From the human T2T-CHM13v2.0 reference genome, Homo sapiens, in contig CP068257.2 of the NCBI GenBank assembly GCA_009914755.4, positions 38,272,001-38,336,000 on the forward strand: DNA of 64,000 nucleotides, given 5' to 3'. Below are positions 53,501-64,000 of this stretch, in pieces. The notes under the pieces are model-generated. The model ran no database searches and was not told the DNA's origin. It saw only the letters and a program-made list of their open reading frames with translations. Position 1 is the first letter of the stretch, and the number at the start of each line of letters is the position of its first letter. A program made the position numbers and the translations under genes.

Positions 53501-56500
53501 TTACCCTCAGACCATTCATGGAATGGTCCTCACTCCCTGAGAACAACTCTGTGTTTGGTCACCTCAGTCACCTTGAAGCTCTCTGTCCTTGGGATAGCTG
53601 CTTCCCAGGAGGCTCCCTGATGCCTTGTGCCAATGTTCTTTGGTGGACAAAAGCTCTCAGCCACCCTGGCTGCAGAGAGGCATGACCCTATAGCCTGCAA
53701 ATAGCAGAGCCCACCTCCCAGCACCTGTGCTAGTCTAGGACTGTGAAAAGCTATTCTAACTAAAATCAATTCAGTTTGGGGTGAAATTGATTCCACTGTA
53801 GCCCCTCAGCATTTTCCAGGGTCCTGTCTTTCCTCTTTTCCTATAGTTTTTAAGTCCCATGCTGTGATTTTCTAGTTTCCTTTATGGGCAGTGTAACAAG
53901 CTGAGTTACCATCTAGATAGATTACATCATTTTTAACTTGCTTTAAACTGGATGCTCATTCTGGATTGAATCAGTCCTGGGGTGTTTCTCTTGGCTTCCT
54001 CTGGTCTGGAATCACACTCATTCCCAATCTGAGGTCTCCCCAGTGGCTTTCCATAGGGTTCATGGACTCTATCATTCTGTTTGTAATAAGAAGTCTGACT
54101 TAGTCTCTAAGACAACAGTTAGTTCAGTAGGTTGTGGGGATAATGTGGGGCTTAGCAGGACTGTGTGGGTCGCTCTATCCTGAACCCATATCCACTAGAA
54201 AGGTCCAGAACTTGATATGCTACTGAAGGTGAGGGGCTGGAACTGCTAACTACAGTTACTCAATCATTGTAATTAGTTATTCACCACCTTTCCTAATATC
54301 CAGGCTTCTTTTCCTCTCTATCTAGATCCCTACTATAGATCCCTTAAGAATAATAGTCATATTGCTTGGATAATCAATGCCAGATGCTGTTACTAACAAC
54401 CCCACCATTCAGTGATTTAATACACAGGAAGTATTGTTCTCACTCCTGTGAAGCCTGATGAGCTTTGTGCAGCTATCTAGGCAGCTCTCCATCCAGGCAG
54501 TGACTCAGGGATGCAGGTTCTGTCCCTTGGATGACTATGTCTTTGGGTCATTTGCTTCTGAGAGAAAGAGTTTGGATGATCACAAAATGTGTTAGTTTCT
54601 AGGGCTGCCATAACAAATTTCCACACTGGATAGTTTACACAACAAAAATTTATTGTCTTACAGTTTTGGAGGCTGGAAGTCTGAAACCAAGGTGTTGGCA
54701 GGGGTGGTTCCTTCTGGAGACAGAGGGAGAATCTGTTCCATGGCTCTCTTAGCTTCTGGTGGCTGCCAGCAGTCCTTGGCATTCCTTGGAGTGTAGACAC
54801 GGAACTCCAGTCTCTGCCTCCATCCTCACATCACCCTTTGTGTCTGTGTGAATCTTCTTCTTTTTTTTTTTTTTTTTGCCTCTTACAAGGACAGCAGTCA
54901 TTGGATTTAGGGCCTACCCTAAATCTAGGATGATCTCATCTTTTGATCTTTAACTTACATCTACAAAAATACTTTTTTTCAGATAAGGTCTCCTTCACGA
55001 GTTCCATGAGTTAGGGCTTGGGTACATCGTTTAGGGGGGTGATATTCAACCCACTGCACACGTTTGTTTGTTTTATTATCATGCCTAGAAGTGGCGCCCA
55101 TGCCCACTCACATTCCATCGGTCAGCTCAAATCACACAGCACAGCCTCGGTTGCAAGGGAGGGTGGGAAGATCATCCTCCTATTTGCCCAGATAAGCAGA
55201 TGGAGGTGGTGAGCACCTAGCCAGTCTCAGACACGTGGCCAGTGTTCAAGGAGTGCTTCTTCTGTGCCCGATGCCATGCTGAGGACTTTGCAAGGATTAT
55301 CTCCTTTTAATCCTCACAAGAAGCCTCTGAGGCGGACACTTGTAGTTATCCAATCTTCAGACAAATAAACAGAGGCACAGAGTCCCTTGACAAATTTCCC
55401 AGGTCATTCATGAATGGTAGAACCACTGATTCCATCTAAGCAGACTTTTCAGAGCCTGTGCCTTTTGCCCCATAGGATGCTGCTTCTAACTGTACTGACT
55501 CCTGGTCTTTTATCCTTGTGGGACAGTTGTCACAGCCCCCATGCCTAGCCTCAGATTTCCTTTACTTATCACTGGGGGCTGAGCTCGTTGGAACTGAGTG
55601 CTTAGAGCTAAGTGCTGACTGGGGGCTGCCTTTCCTTGCAAAAGTTCTTTCTTTCACCCTAGACACTGTCTCAGCTTTCTTGTCCCCACAGTGACTTGTT
55701 CAAGGACACATCAAAGACTGAAAATATAGCCAAAGTTCTCACTTTCTGGTCCAGAAACTGGATGAAAGCAATTGACGGGAGTGACAATGCAGATGTCTCA
55801 AGTTGATGGAAGCAAATATTAACAAGTTCATCTGCCAAAGAAGAGAAGCCGGCTAGGTGGAGCCTGATGTTTTATTCTTCAAGCACAGCTATCAACTTTG
55901 AGTGAGAGGATACAGAAAATTTATTTCTACTTTGGCTGCTTTCAGAACTGCATTTATCAGCAGCTCCAGCATAATCTACATCAAGCTGCAAAGCATCAAT
56001 TGGCAGCCTGTTTGAAGCAGATCCAGGCTACCTTGTCTGAATAGAGCCACATACCATATTTGCAAGCAAGAAGGCTGTAGGTTCTTGGCAGGTGGGGAAA
56101 GGGACCAGGTTCACTTTCCTATTCTATGCTACCCCTTCTGTTCTGGAAAATTTTCTGCTGGCTTGCAGAAGATCAAAGCGGGAAAAATAAGCTTATGTAA
56201 TTTAGTACCTCATTACTGATTATTGATCCAGATCTGTCTTGTACACATAGCAGATAAAAAAGTAAATAATGTTTTGAAAGAAATAAAGACCAAGAGAATA
56301 ATGAAGCTGGAGGAAGGGCAAAAAGAAGGAAGAAAAGAATCAAAGGAAGGAAGAGAGACTGGAAGGGAAGAGAGAAAAGAAACAAAGTCACTAGGTGGGA
56401 AAGAAAATAACTTCCCTGTAGTTTGGTTTTGAGGTAGGAGAAAACATGTTCTACCATGCCTTTGATAAGTACATAGTTAGTGGATAACCCTGTCTGCCAC

Positions 56501-57272
56501 AAATTCTGGCAAGCCCACTCTCCGTGTCTGCAGATGCAACAGATTTCATTCTAGGAGTTGGATAGCCATGGTCAGTTTGTGACGGGGGCAGGTGACACCA
56601 GAGAGCATGAGTTGGGCTCTAGTTCACTCTGCATCTACCATGTCCAAGGCATTGTACCAATTTCATGGGGACAGAGTGAAGGATGCAGTCAGGCACAGGT
56701 AGTGCTTATAGGTTTTCTTCGGTGAGGCACAATGGCAAGACGTGGCCATCTGTCTTCAAGGAGTTTGCTTTTTCATGGAAGTGACAGACATGTTCCTTAA
56801 TGAGGTAAAAGTGGTGAGTCCTTTGAGAGACAAACAGATGAAGAATGGGAAGGGGGAGAGATCAATGTTGACTAGGGGAACACTTGATAGAGAAATATAC
56901 GTCTCGAAGAAAGCATAGAAGTTGAACAGGTGGAGATAGGGAAAAGGACATTTTAGGATGGGCCACACTCAGAGGCAAGAAAACACTTCTTTTGAGGAAT
57001 AGCAACTCTTCCAGGCTGGGAAGTGCATAGGGAGCTTGGAGGGGTGCAGTGGAATCTAAGTCTGGAGAGGTAGGTGAAGGCCAGGCTGGACGACAGATGG
57101 CCACTGTGGCCGAGCTGGCTAACAGCTCACCAGCCTGTCTTCTCTTCATCTTGGGAACAGCCTGTCAACACTGGCCAGCCTTCCTGGCAGTGAAATGTGG
57201 CCACGTGCCTGAGTCCAGGCCAGTGAAACCACAGGGCAGAAGCCACATGAGCCACTTTCAAGCCAGGTGCAT

Positions 57273-57370
57273 AGAAAATAAAAGTGCTATGTGTGGTCCT
57301 CCATTCTCTTTATCCTTGTTTCCATGATGGGGAAAGAGAATGGAGGATCACACATAGCACTTTTATTTTC
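57273..57370. other. 98-bp near-perfect inverted repeat (hairpin: arms of about 39 nt, loop of about 21 nt)
   Basis: Left arm CATAGAAAATAAAAGTGCTATGTGTGGTCCTCCATTCTCTTT (57271-57311). Right arm AAAGAGAATGGAGGATCACACATAGCACTTTTATTTTCATG (57333-57372), which is its reverse complement with a single mismatch (G/A). Loop ATCCTTGTTTCCATGATGGGG. Confidence 0.85.
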
Positions 57371-57399
57371 ATGCCCATTAGGGTGACTTTGGAACTGGT

Positions 57400-57770
57400 T
57401 TAAGAGGGCTGCTAGTATTTGAATGTTTGTGTTCTCCCAGAAATCCTATGTTGAAATCTAATCCTCAGTGTGACAGTGTTAAGAGGTGGGATCTTGGATG
57501 GGGGAGGGGGGTCATGAGGAGGAAGCCATTATGAATGGAATTTATGCCCTTATAAATGAGACCTGAGAGAGCTCCCATGCCTCTTCCACCACATAAGAAC
57601 ACAGCAAAAGGGTACCCTCTATGAACCAGGAGACAGACCCTCACTGGATGCAGAATCTATGCCTAGACCTTGGACTTCCCAGCCTCCAGAGCTGTGAAAA
57701 ATAAATTCCTGTATAGAAGCCACCCATTTGATGGCAGTTTTGTTTTAGCAGTCTTAACAGATGGAGACAA
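57400..57770 (+). mobile_element. MaLR (MLT1-like) solo LTR
   Basis: ...AATCTAATCCTCAGTGTGACAGTGTTAAGAGGTGGGATCTTGGATGGGGGAGGGGGGTCATGAGGAGGAAGCCATTATGAATGGAATTTATGCCCTTATAAATGAGACC...CTTCCACCACATAAGAACACAGCAAAAGGGTACCCTCTATGAACCAGGAGACAGACCCTCACTGGATGCAGAATCTATGCCTAGACCTTGGACTTCCCAGCCTCCAGAGCTGTGAAAAATAAATTCCTGTATAGAAGCCACCCA... Confidence 0.72.
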
Positions 57771-57928
57771 TTGCAGAGTCCCACAGGATGGAAAGCATCC
57801 AGGTCACTGAATGGTCATATAGAAGGCCTCCTGATGTTCAGGAACACTTCTTTTGGATTTAACTTGAGCAATAAATGAACTACTATTGTGTGCATCCCAG
57901 AGATTTGGGGACGTACCTGTTATAGCAG

Positions 57929-58152
57929 CTAGCACCACTCTAACTCATAGAGTTATAAATGAAAGTGAGGTGCTTATGTTTTATTAACAGGCAGTGAGAA
58001 GTCGGGGGTCTGTATCTTCCAGGGGGTCTGTATCTTCCAGGGGGTCTGTATCTTCCACCTAGCACCACTCTAACTCATAAAGTTACAAATGAAAGTGAGG
58101 TGCTTATGTTTTATTAACAGGCAGTGAGGAGCCAGGGGGTCTGTATCTTCCA
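57929..58152. repeat. Tandem duplication of an about 95-bp unit with an 18-bp sub-repeat (GGGGTCTGTATCTTCCAG) triplicated at the junction (58005-58056)
   Basis: CTAGCACCACTCTAACTCATA[G/A]AGTTA[T/C]AAATGAAAGTGAGGTGCTTATGTTTTATTAACAGGCAGTGAG[A/G]AG[T/C]C[G/A]GGGGTCTGTATCTTCCA occurs twice (57929 and 58059). Confidence 0.88.
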
Positions 58153-60184
58153 TCTATCAAGGAGCACATCTGAGATGGAACTGTTGCCAACCCATGTCCC
58201 ATGGATGAAATAAAAGGAAAGTCCATAGGTTCCTTATTGTGGAGCCTCAGACAACAAATTCTCTGTCACCCTTTAGAGTGGATAAACATCCTTGAATGGT
58301 GGGTCATGCTCATTATTTCAAAAATTTCTTATTTCACTGTAGTGTTGAGCATCTATTATTTTCAAGTCCCCCTACTCCAGCATGTTGAAAAATCAATGAT
58401 ACATGAGATAGAGCTCTTGCTTTTTGAAACATTTCAGCCTAACAAGGAAGAAAAGTCAGGATCAAACTAAAGTGCATTACAAAGCAGGGTGTAAACTTGC
58501 CGCCAAAGAGGAGCAGACTCTATGTGCAGGGGGAAGGTGAGCTTGCATGGTGGTACCACACATGCTACCATGCCAGCTGCCACCAGCAGCTGTGACCACC
58601 ATGGCTGTGACTATGAACACGTGTCCAGCTCACATGCCATGCCAGATGTCATTCTAAGTGCTCTCATTTTTTTTTTTTTTCATTTAACCCTGACACTGAC
58701 CCTACAGATTGGGAACTATTATCTCCATTTTGAAGATGTATATAATGCCATTGGTTGTATTCTGTATTTAGGGGCTTTAGCCTGTCTATGCTTTTAGACT
58801 TATTTGGAGCCAATTCTTAAAAGCATAATATTCATGTCATGGCTTAGGCTTTGTTTTCTTAATCATGTTCATCATGAGTCCTGCAGACCTTTAGTTAATC
58901 TGGTAGACCAGGGTATGTAAAGAGAAGCACATTCATCTGCCAAAGGCAGAATTTCCAGCAAAGCGTTACAGCATGTAAGTGTTTAGTGCATGTGTCCCTT
59001 GAAAACTTGGGCAGCGGCAGTACTGTCTTGATAACTGTTCTTCATTATTATGACTCTTTATTGATAAAATGATTTAGCATAGAACAAAAGGGACATTTTG
59101 TTTGAAAAATGAAGTGCTTGAAGAACTGACCTGCAGATGAACAGAAAATTGATGAAGATGGTTTTCGAAACACATTGTTCTGATCCGAATGCTGAATTCC
59201 ACCCCTACCCTCTTGCTGCCTCCATTAATTCCCTCTGCATGTCTGCAACCACAGCCGTTTACTGACCTTGCTCCACAGCCCCACTATGACTGTGTCTCTG
59301 CCCTCTCATTAATTTCTTCCAACCACCCCCATTAACCTTCATTTTCTTTTTAGCCTCTGCCTCTAAGTCAGCCTAATTTTTTTAGCATACACATTCCCCT
59401 TCCCTCTTGGCCCATTGCCTGGCTTTTGTTTCTTACTTGTGAAAACATTACATGATTCTACTAAGCTGATAAGAATCTATCAGCATTCTATACCCCAAAT
59501 TTTCCATTTCCATGTCCTGTTTCCCTGCCAAAATAGCTTTCAACTTTTTCAGCTGCTCCTTTGGGCACTTACTTCCATATTTCTAAAACTTGCTTATGTA
59601 GCTCTTTCTTAATTTTTCAGTTTCAGATATTGTATGATGACTTCCTACATGAAACATGAGGATTTGCCTCTCCTCCTGATCTTTCCTTTCCCTTATTTTC
59701 TCAATACAATTGATGTTTTGATGTTTTCTTTATTATGTCTTTGTTAATGTAATCCACAGCTGAGTCATTTAACATACTGTCATCGCATTTTCTTTCCTGG
59801 AGTTAATAATTTTCTAATTTTACCTTTGCTTAGTTTTTATGTAGTTACCACTATTTTAATGCTGGACTTTCCACCAAAAATATATTTTTCCTTAATATAT
59901 TCAAAGGTCTCAAGAGTAACCTGTAGTTTCCTTTTTTCAAATTTTTTTTCAGAGACTCTTCCTCCATCTTCATGCTCCAGTAGGGCTCTGGCACAGATTC
60001 CATCCTGGAGTGTCTATTCATTATCCTTCAGGGAGCTGTTCAGTATTTCTCCTGTCCTAGGTCATCATATGTTCATTCCTCTTTCATGGTTGTCTTTCTC
60101 ATGTGGATGGAATATATCTTTAGGATCCTGTTAAGAAAGGTGAAGAAAGGGGACCTAGAAGGTATTGAATTTCTGCATTTTTAA

Positions 60185-61560
60185 GATGTATTTTTCTTAA
60201 CACTTTAATTGAATGATAGTTTGGCTAGGTATACAATTTTAGGGGGTGAACAATTATTTTTTTGGTTTTTAATACTCTTTTATTAGCTTTACTGATACAT
60301 AATTTACAAGCAATAATGATCACTCATTAAAAAGTATACAGTTTTATGATTTTGGTGACTGTATACAGCTGTGTAACGGCTACTACTATCAAGATACAGA
60401 ACAGTCCTATCACCCTAAAACAATTCCTCATGCCCCTCTATATTTGAACCTCAGGCAGCCAGTGCTCTGCTTTGTGTCACTATAGATTTGCCTTTTCCAG
60501 AACTTCATATAAAAGGAATCATACATTACGTAGACTGTTGTGTTTAACTTCTTATTTAGTATGTTTTGTGATTCATCCATGTTGTTGTGTATGCCAGTAT
60601 TTCATTTCAATTTATGGCAGAGTAGTATTCCCTAGTATGGATATCCTGTACCATCCCTTCAACAACTGATAGACAATTTATTTGCATCCATTTTGGGATT
60701 TTATTATTCATTCTGAAACAAACATTAGCATACAAGTCTTTGTGTGCATATATGTGTTTATTTCATTTCTTTTTCAATGAGTGGTATTGCTAGGTCATAT
60801 GGTAAGTTTGTACTTAAGTTTATAAGAAATGGCCAAACTGTTTTCCAAAGTGGCTGTGCCATTTTGCATTTTTGCCAGCAACGCATGAGATTTTTAGTAG
60901 TTGCCCATCCTTTTCAACACGTGGCACTGTTTCTTAAGACTCTGAATTGTTCTTTATTGTATAGCTTCCATTATTGCTGAAGAGGAATCCAACACCATTC
61001 TCATTTCCAATCTTTTGTGCCCTAGTTTTTACTCTAAAATACTTAAAATTCTTCTCTTTAGCCCCAGTTTTCTGAAAATTTACATGGATTGCATTGAGGT
61101 AAGTGTCTTTCATCCATTTGTACTGGATGTTTAAAGGTAACTTTCCAACTGGAGTCTTGCATCCTTCAGTTCCTGGAAATATTCCTAAATTATTTATTTG
61201 GTAATTTATTCTCCATTTTTATCTGAAGTAACTTTCTAAAATATCTGTTATATGGATGTTGGCTTCCTGGAATGATCCTTTTATTTTGTTTATTTTTCTC
61301 TCCCATTTTCATCTCTCTGTCACTTTGTCTTACTAGCTGGAAGATTTCTTTTTTCAATTTTGCCTTTCAATGCATCTGTTTTTCATTTTGACCTGATATT
61401 TTTAGTTTCCTATGTCTATTTTTAGTTGCTTGAATCTATTTTTTTTGTAATCACACTTTTTTCTGATTTTATTTAAAAAGTATCTACTCATAGCTATTAG
61501 GATGTTAATTACAGTTTTTTCCCCAAAAGATATATTATGCTCCCTGCAACATCTCTTTTT
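60185..61560 (-). mobile_element. Old L1 (L1M-type) fragment, antisense, covering the ORF2 3' portion and 3'UTR
   Basis: The + strand carries the classic antisense-L1 strings ...TATACAGTTTTATGATTTTGGTGACTGTATACAG...CATCCATGTTGTTGTGTATGCCAGTATTTCATTTCAATTTATGGCAGAGTAGTATTCC...TTTTCCAAAGTGGCTGTGCCATTTTGCATTTTTGCCAGCAACGCATGAGATTTTTAGTAGTTGCCCATCC... (revcomp CAGCCACTTTGG = QPLW of ORF2). Confidence 0.7.
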
Positions 61561-61775
61561 TTCTATTTTTTATTTTTTAGAGTTTGTCTTTCCTTTCATG
61601 TTAAATAAGTGATTCTCAACTGGGTTGGGAGTAGGCAGATATTTCATCTTCAATAGATATTTGTCAATAGCTGGAAATAGTTTGAGTTGTCACAACTGGC
61701 GTGGGTGCTGCTAGCATCTAGCGGGTGGAGGCCAGGGATGTTGCTAAGCATTTTACAATGCACAGAATAGCCCCC

Positions 61776-62323
61776 TGTGATGGTTAATACTGAGTGTCAA
61801 CCTGATTGGATTGACGGATGCAAAGTATTGTTCCTGGGTGTGTCTGTAGGGGTATTGCCAAAGGAGATTCACATTTGAGTCAGTGGACAGGAAAAAGCAG
61901 ACCCACCCTCAATCTGGGTGGGTACAATCTAATTAGCTGCCAGTACAGCTGGAATAAAGCAGGCAGACGAACATGGAAAAACTAGACTGGCTGAGTCTTC
62001 TGGCCTTCATCTTTCTCCCGTGCTGGATGCTTCCTGCCCTCGAACATTGGACTCCAAGTTCTTCAGCTTTGGGACTCTTGGACCTACACCAGTGGTTTGC
62101 CAGGAGCTCTCAGGCCTTTGGACGCAGACTGAAGGCTGCACTGTCCCCTTCTTAGTTTTGAGGTTTTGGGACTTGGAGTGGCTTTCTTGCTTCTCAGCTT
62201 GCAGATGGCCTATTGCAGGACTTCACTTTGTGATCGTGTAAGTCAATGCTCCTTAATAAACTCCCTTTCATATATACATCTATCCTATTAGTCCTGTCCC
62301 TCTAGAGAACCCTGACTAATACA
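61776..62323 (+). mobile_element. ERVL MLT2-type solo LTR
   Basis: TGTGATGGTTAATACTGAGTGTCAACCTGATTGGATTGA.GGATGCAAAGTATTGTTCCTGGGTGTGTCTGTAGGGGTATTGCCAAAGGAGATT.ACATTTGAGTCAGTGGAC...CCACCCTCAATCTGGGTGGG...CTTCTCAGCTTGCAGATGGCCTATTGCAGGA...CCTTAATAAACTCCCTTTCATATATACATCTATCCTATTAGTCCTGTCCCTCTAGAGAACCCTGACTAATACA. This has the MLT2 start (TGTRATGG), end (CTGACTAATACA) and internal landmarks. Confidence 0.7.
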
Positions 62324-64000
62324 CCTTGCCATAGCAAAGGATTTTCCAGCTGCAAATCATAATAGTGCTGAGGCTGAGAAACCCTGTGCTTGTAGATGCT
62401 TTTGTGAAATGTCTGCTGATAGTTCATATTTAAAGGCAGTGCATTCCAAAGTATCTGTGGGCAAGGCTTGCTGACCCGTGGCTTCAAGGTAGGGAGGTTT
62501 GGCTGGGTCTTTCCATTGTTATGTTTGGATCATTGTTAGGGCTCAGGAGAAATCCTCAAAGTCCTAGCATGAGTGTGTAGCGGGAAGAGTATAAGTCTGG
62601 CAACGCATGTGCTCTGAACTGAAGGGGCTCAGGGGTCTTACCCTTTAGTGTGTCCATTTTTATTGAATTCTCTTAACCTCAGTGATGCCTCTATTTCAGT
62701 CTCTCTAGAGAATGAACTTCAGCCTCATGCCGGGTGGAGGTGGACAGCTTGGGAGGTAACTGCCCTTACACAGACTTTCAATCAATGCTCCTGTTTTTGG
62801 GAACACCTGCTCCCCAGTGTCCCCCTGAGCTCTAACCTCTGTCCATCCTCCCTGCAGGTCATTCCTTCTTTCAGAGTTGACTCTGCTGGTTTTCCCCAGT
62901 AGCTGCCACATACCCTTTAAATTCTCTTTAAACGCTTATCCACTGTCAGCTGCTCCCTGAAGTCTTAGCAGATGATCTCACCTCCCATGTTACTGAGCAG
63001 ACTGAAGCCATTCCAATATAAATCCTAATTTCATTCCTCTTATGGACGGCGTGGCTTAGCCTCATCTCTCTTCTCACTCCTGTTTATGAAGAAATATCTG
63101 TTCCCTTATAAAGGTGCCCCGTTGCCCTGTGTGCCGGATCACTCTCCTCCTAGCTGTCCAAAAAAGCTGCTCCACAGTTCTCCTTTACGTGAGCATTCCG
63201 TTTCTTCCACATCATGGTCCCCGTTCTTCCCGTAAAAATATGGTCAAGTCTACTCTGGCTTTAAAAACAAAGTCATTCCATTACTCTGGTATTTACTAAG
63301 ACTCCTGTCCTTCTCCTCACAGCCAATTTTCTTTAAAAAAGTTGTCTGCATTTCTGGAAAAAAATTACCCACCTGGCATATGAGAGCTGGCCCTCCCTTC
63401 CTTCCCTCCAAATATCACTGGTGATAATCCTGGCTGACCCTCTGGGGGACAATCCCAGAGTTCCCTATCCTCTTGTCACTGTGTTTCCTCTCTGCTGGTT
63501 TCTTCTCTCCCCGTTATTGGGTGTTCCTTTCCTCCTGCTCACTAATACATGGAAGAGTCGCTCTGGGCACCGCACTCCCCTTATTCCTTCTCTGCGGGAT
63601 AATCGTAGGCAGACCCATGGTTTCTACTCAGTTGGCTCCCAGATCTGCATCACCAGCTTCCCGGTTTAACAAGCTCAGGTTCCCTATGAGGCATACCTGA
63701 GGGTAAGAGCCCTGTGATTTTAGATTATGTGGGTATATTAGTCATATGTGTATTTTTTGCATTTTATGATGCTTTGCTGATGCTTTGCTATTCTGGGGCC
63801 TGGAGAGACGATCCCTTCCAGCGCTAGCGAATTCCCGACATAGCAAACATTTTCCCTGCAAACACGCCTTTCATGTGCAAAACAATAAAAGAAAGCCCAA
63901 ATCACCAACCACCTCTTTTATCAAACGCTCATATACCAAGCCAATGTTTTCTCTGCCCTAAATTGCCCCAAAGGTCAGGTACTGGACAACTAGAGACCAT

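Overview
This is human (primate) genomic DNA, not a prokaryotic or accessory-island context. It carries about 14 Alu elements with recognisable target-site duplications (TSDs), L1 3' fragments, MaLR/ERVL solo LTRs, MIR fragments and several microsatellites.

The only protein-coding content I can support is the 3' two-thirds of PCP4 (Purkinje cell protein 4 / PEP-19, chr21q22.2) on the + strand. Exon 2 lies at 10631-10682 and encodes RQGAGATNGKDKTSGEN. The terminal exon begins at 41191, with the CDS ending at a TAG at 41316-41318; it encodes [42 protein letters not shown], which includes the IQ motif. An AATAAA signal sits at 41574-41579. Exon 1 (ATGAGTGAG) is not in the window. Positions 1-10630 are therefore intron 1, 10683-41190 are intron 2, and 41600-64000 are 3' intergenic.

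Every long ORF in the six-frame track is a translation artefact of a repeat (the GT tract, the CCAT tract, the TCTA STR, Alu) or is unsupported intronic sequence. I find no evidence of a novel multi-gene system.

The observations most worth a second look are:
- a 170-bp retro-insertion in PCP4 intron 2 that joins an antisense L1 3' end to a 33-nt 5S-rRNA 5' fragment, flanked by 16-bp TSDs;
- a 98-bp near-perfect hairpin downstream of PCP4;
- an L1 with the structure expected from twin priming;
- several local duplications, including one inside an Alu;
- an ~870-bp GT-rich tract and a compound TCTA/TCTG STR.
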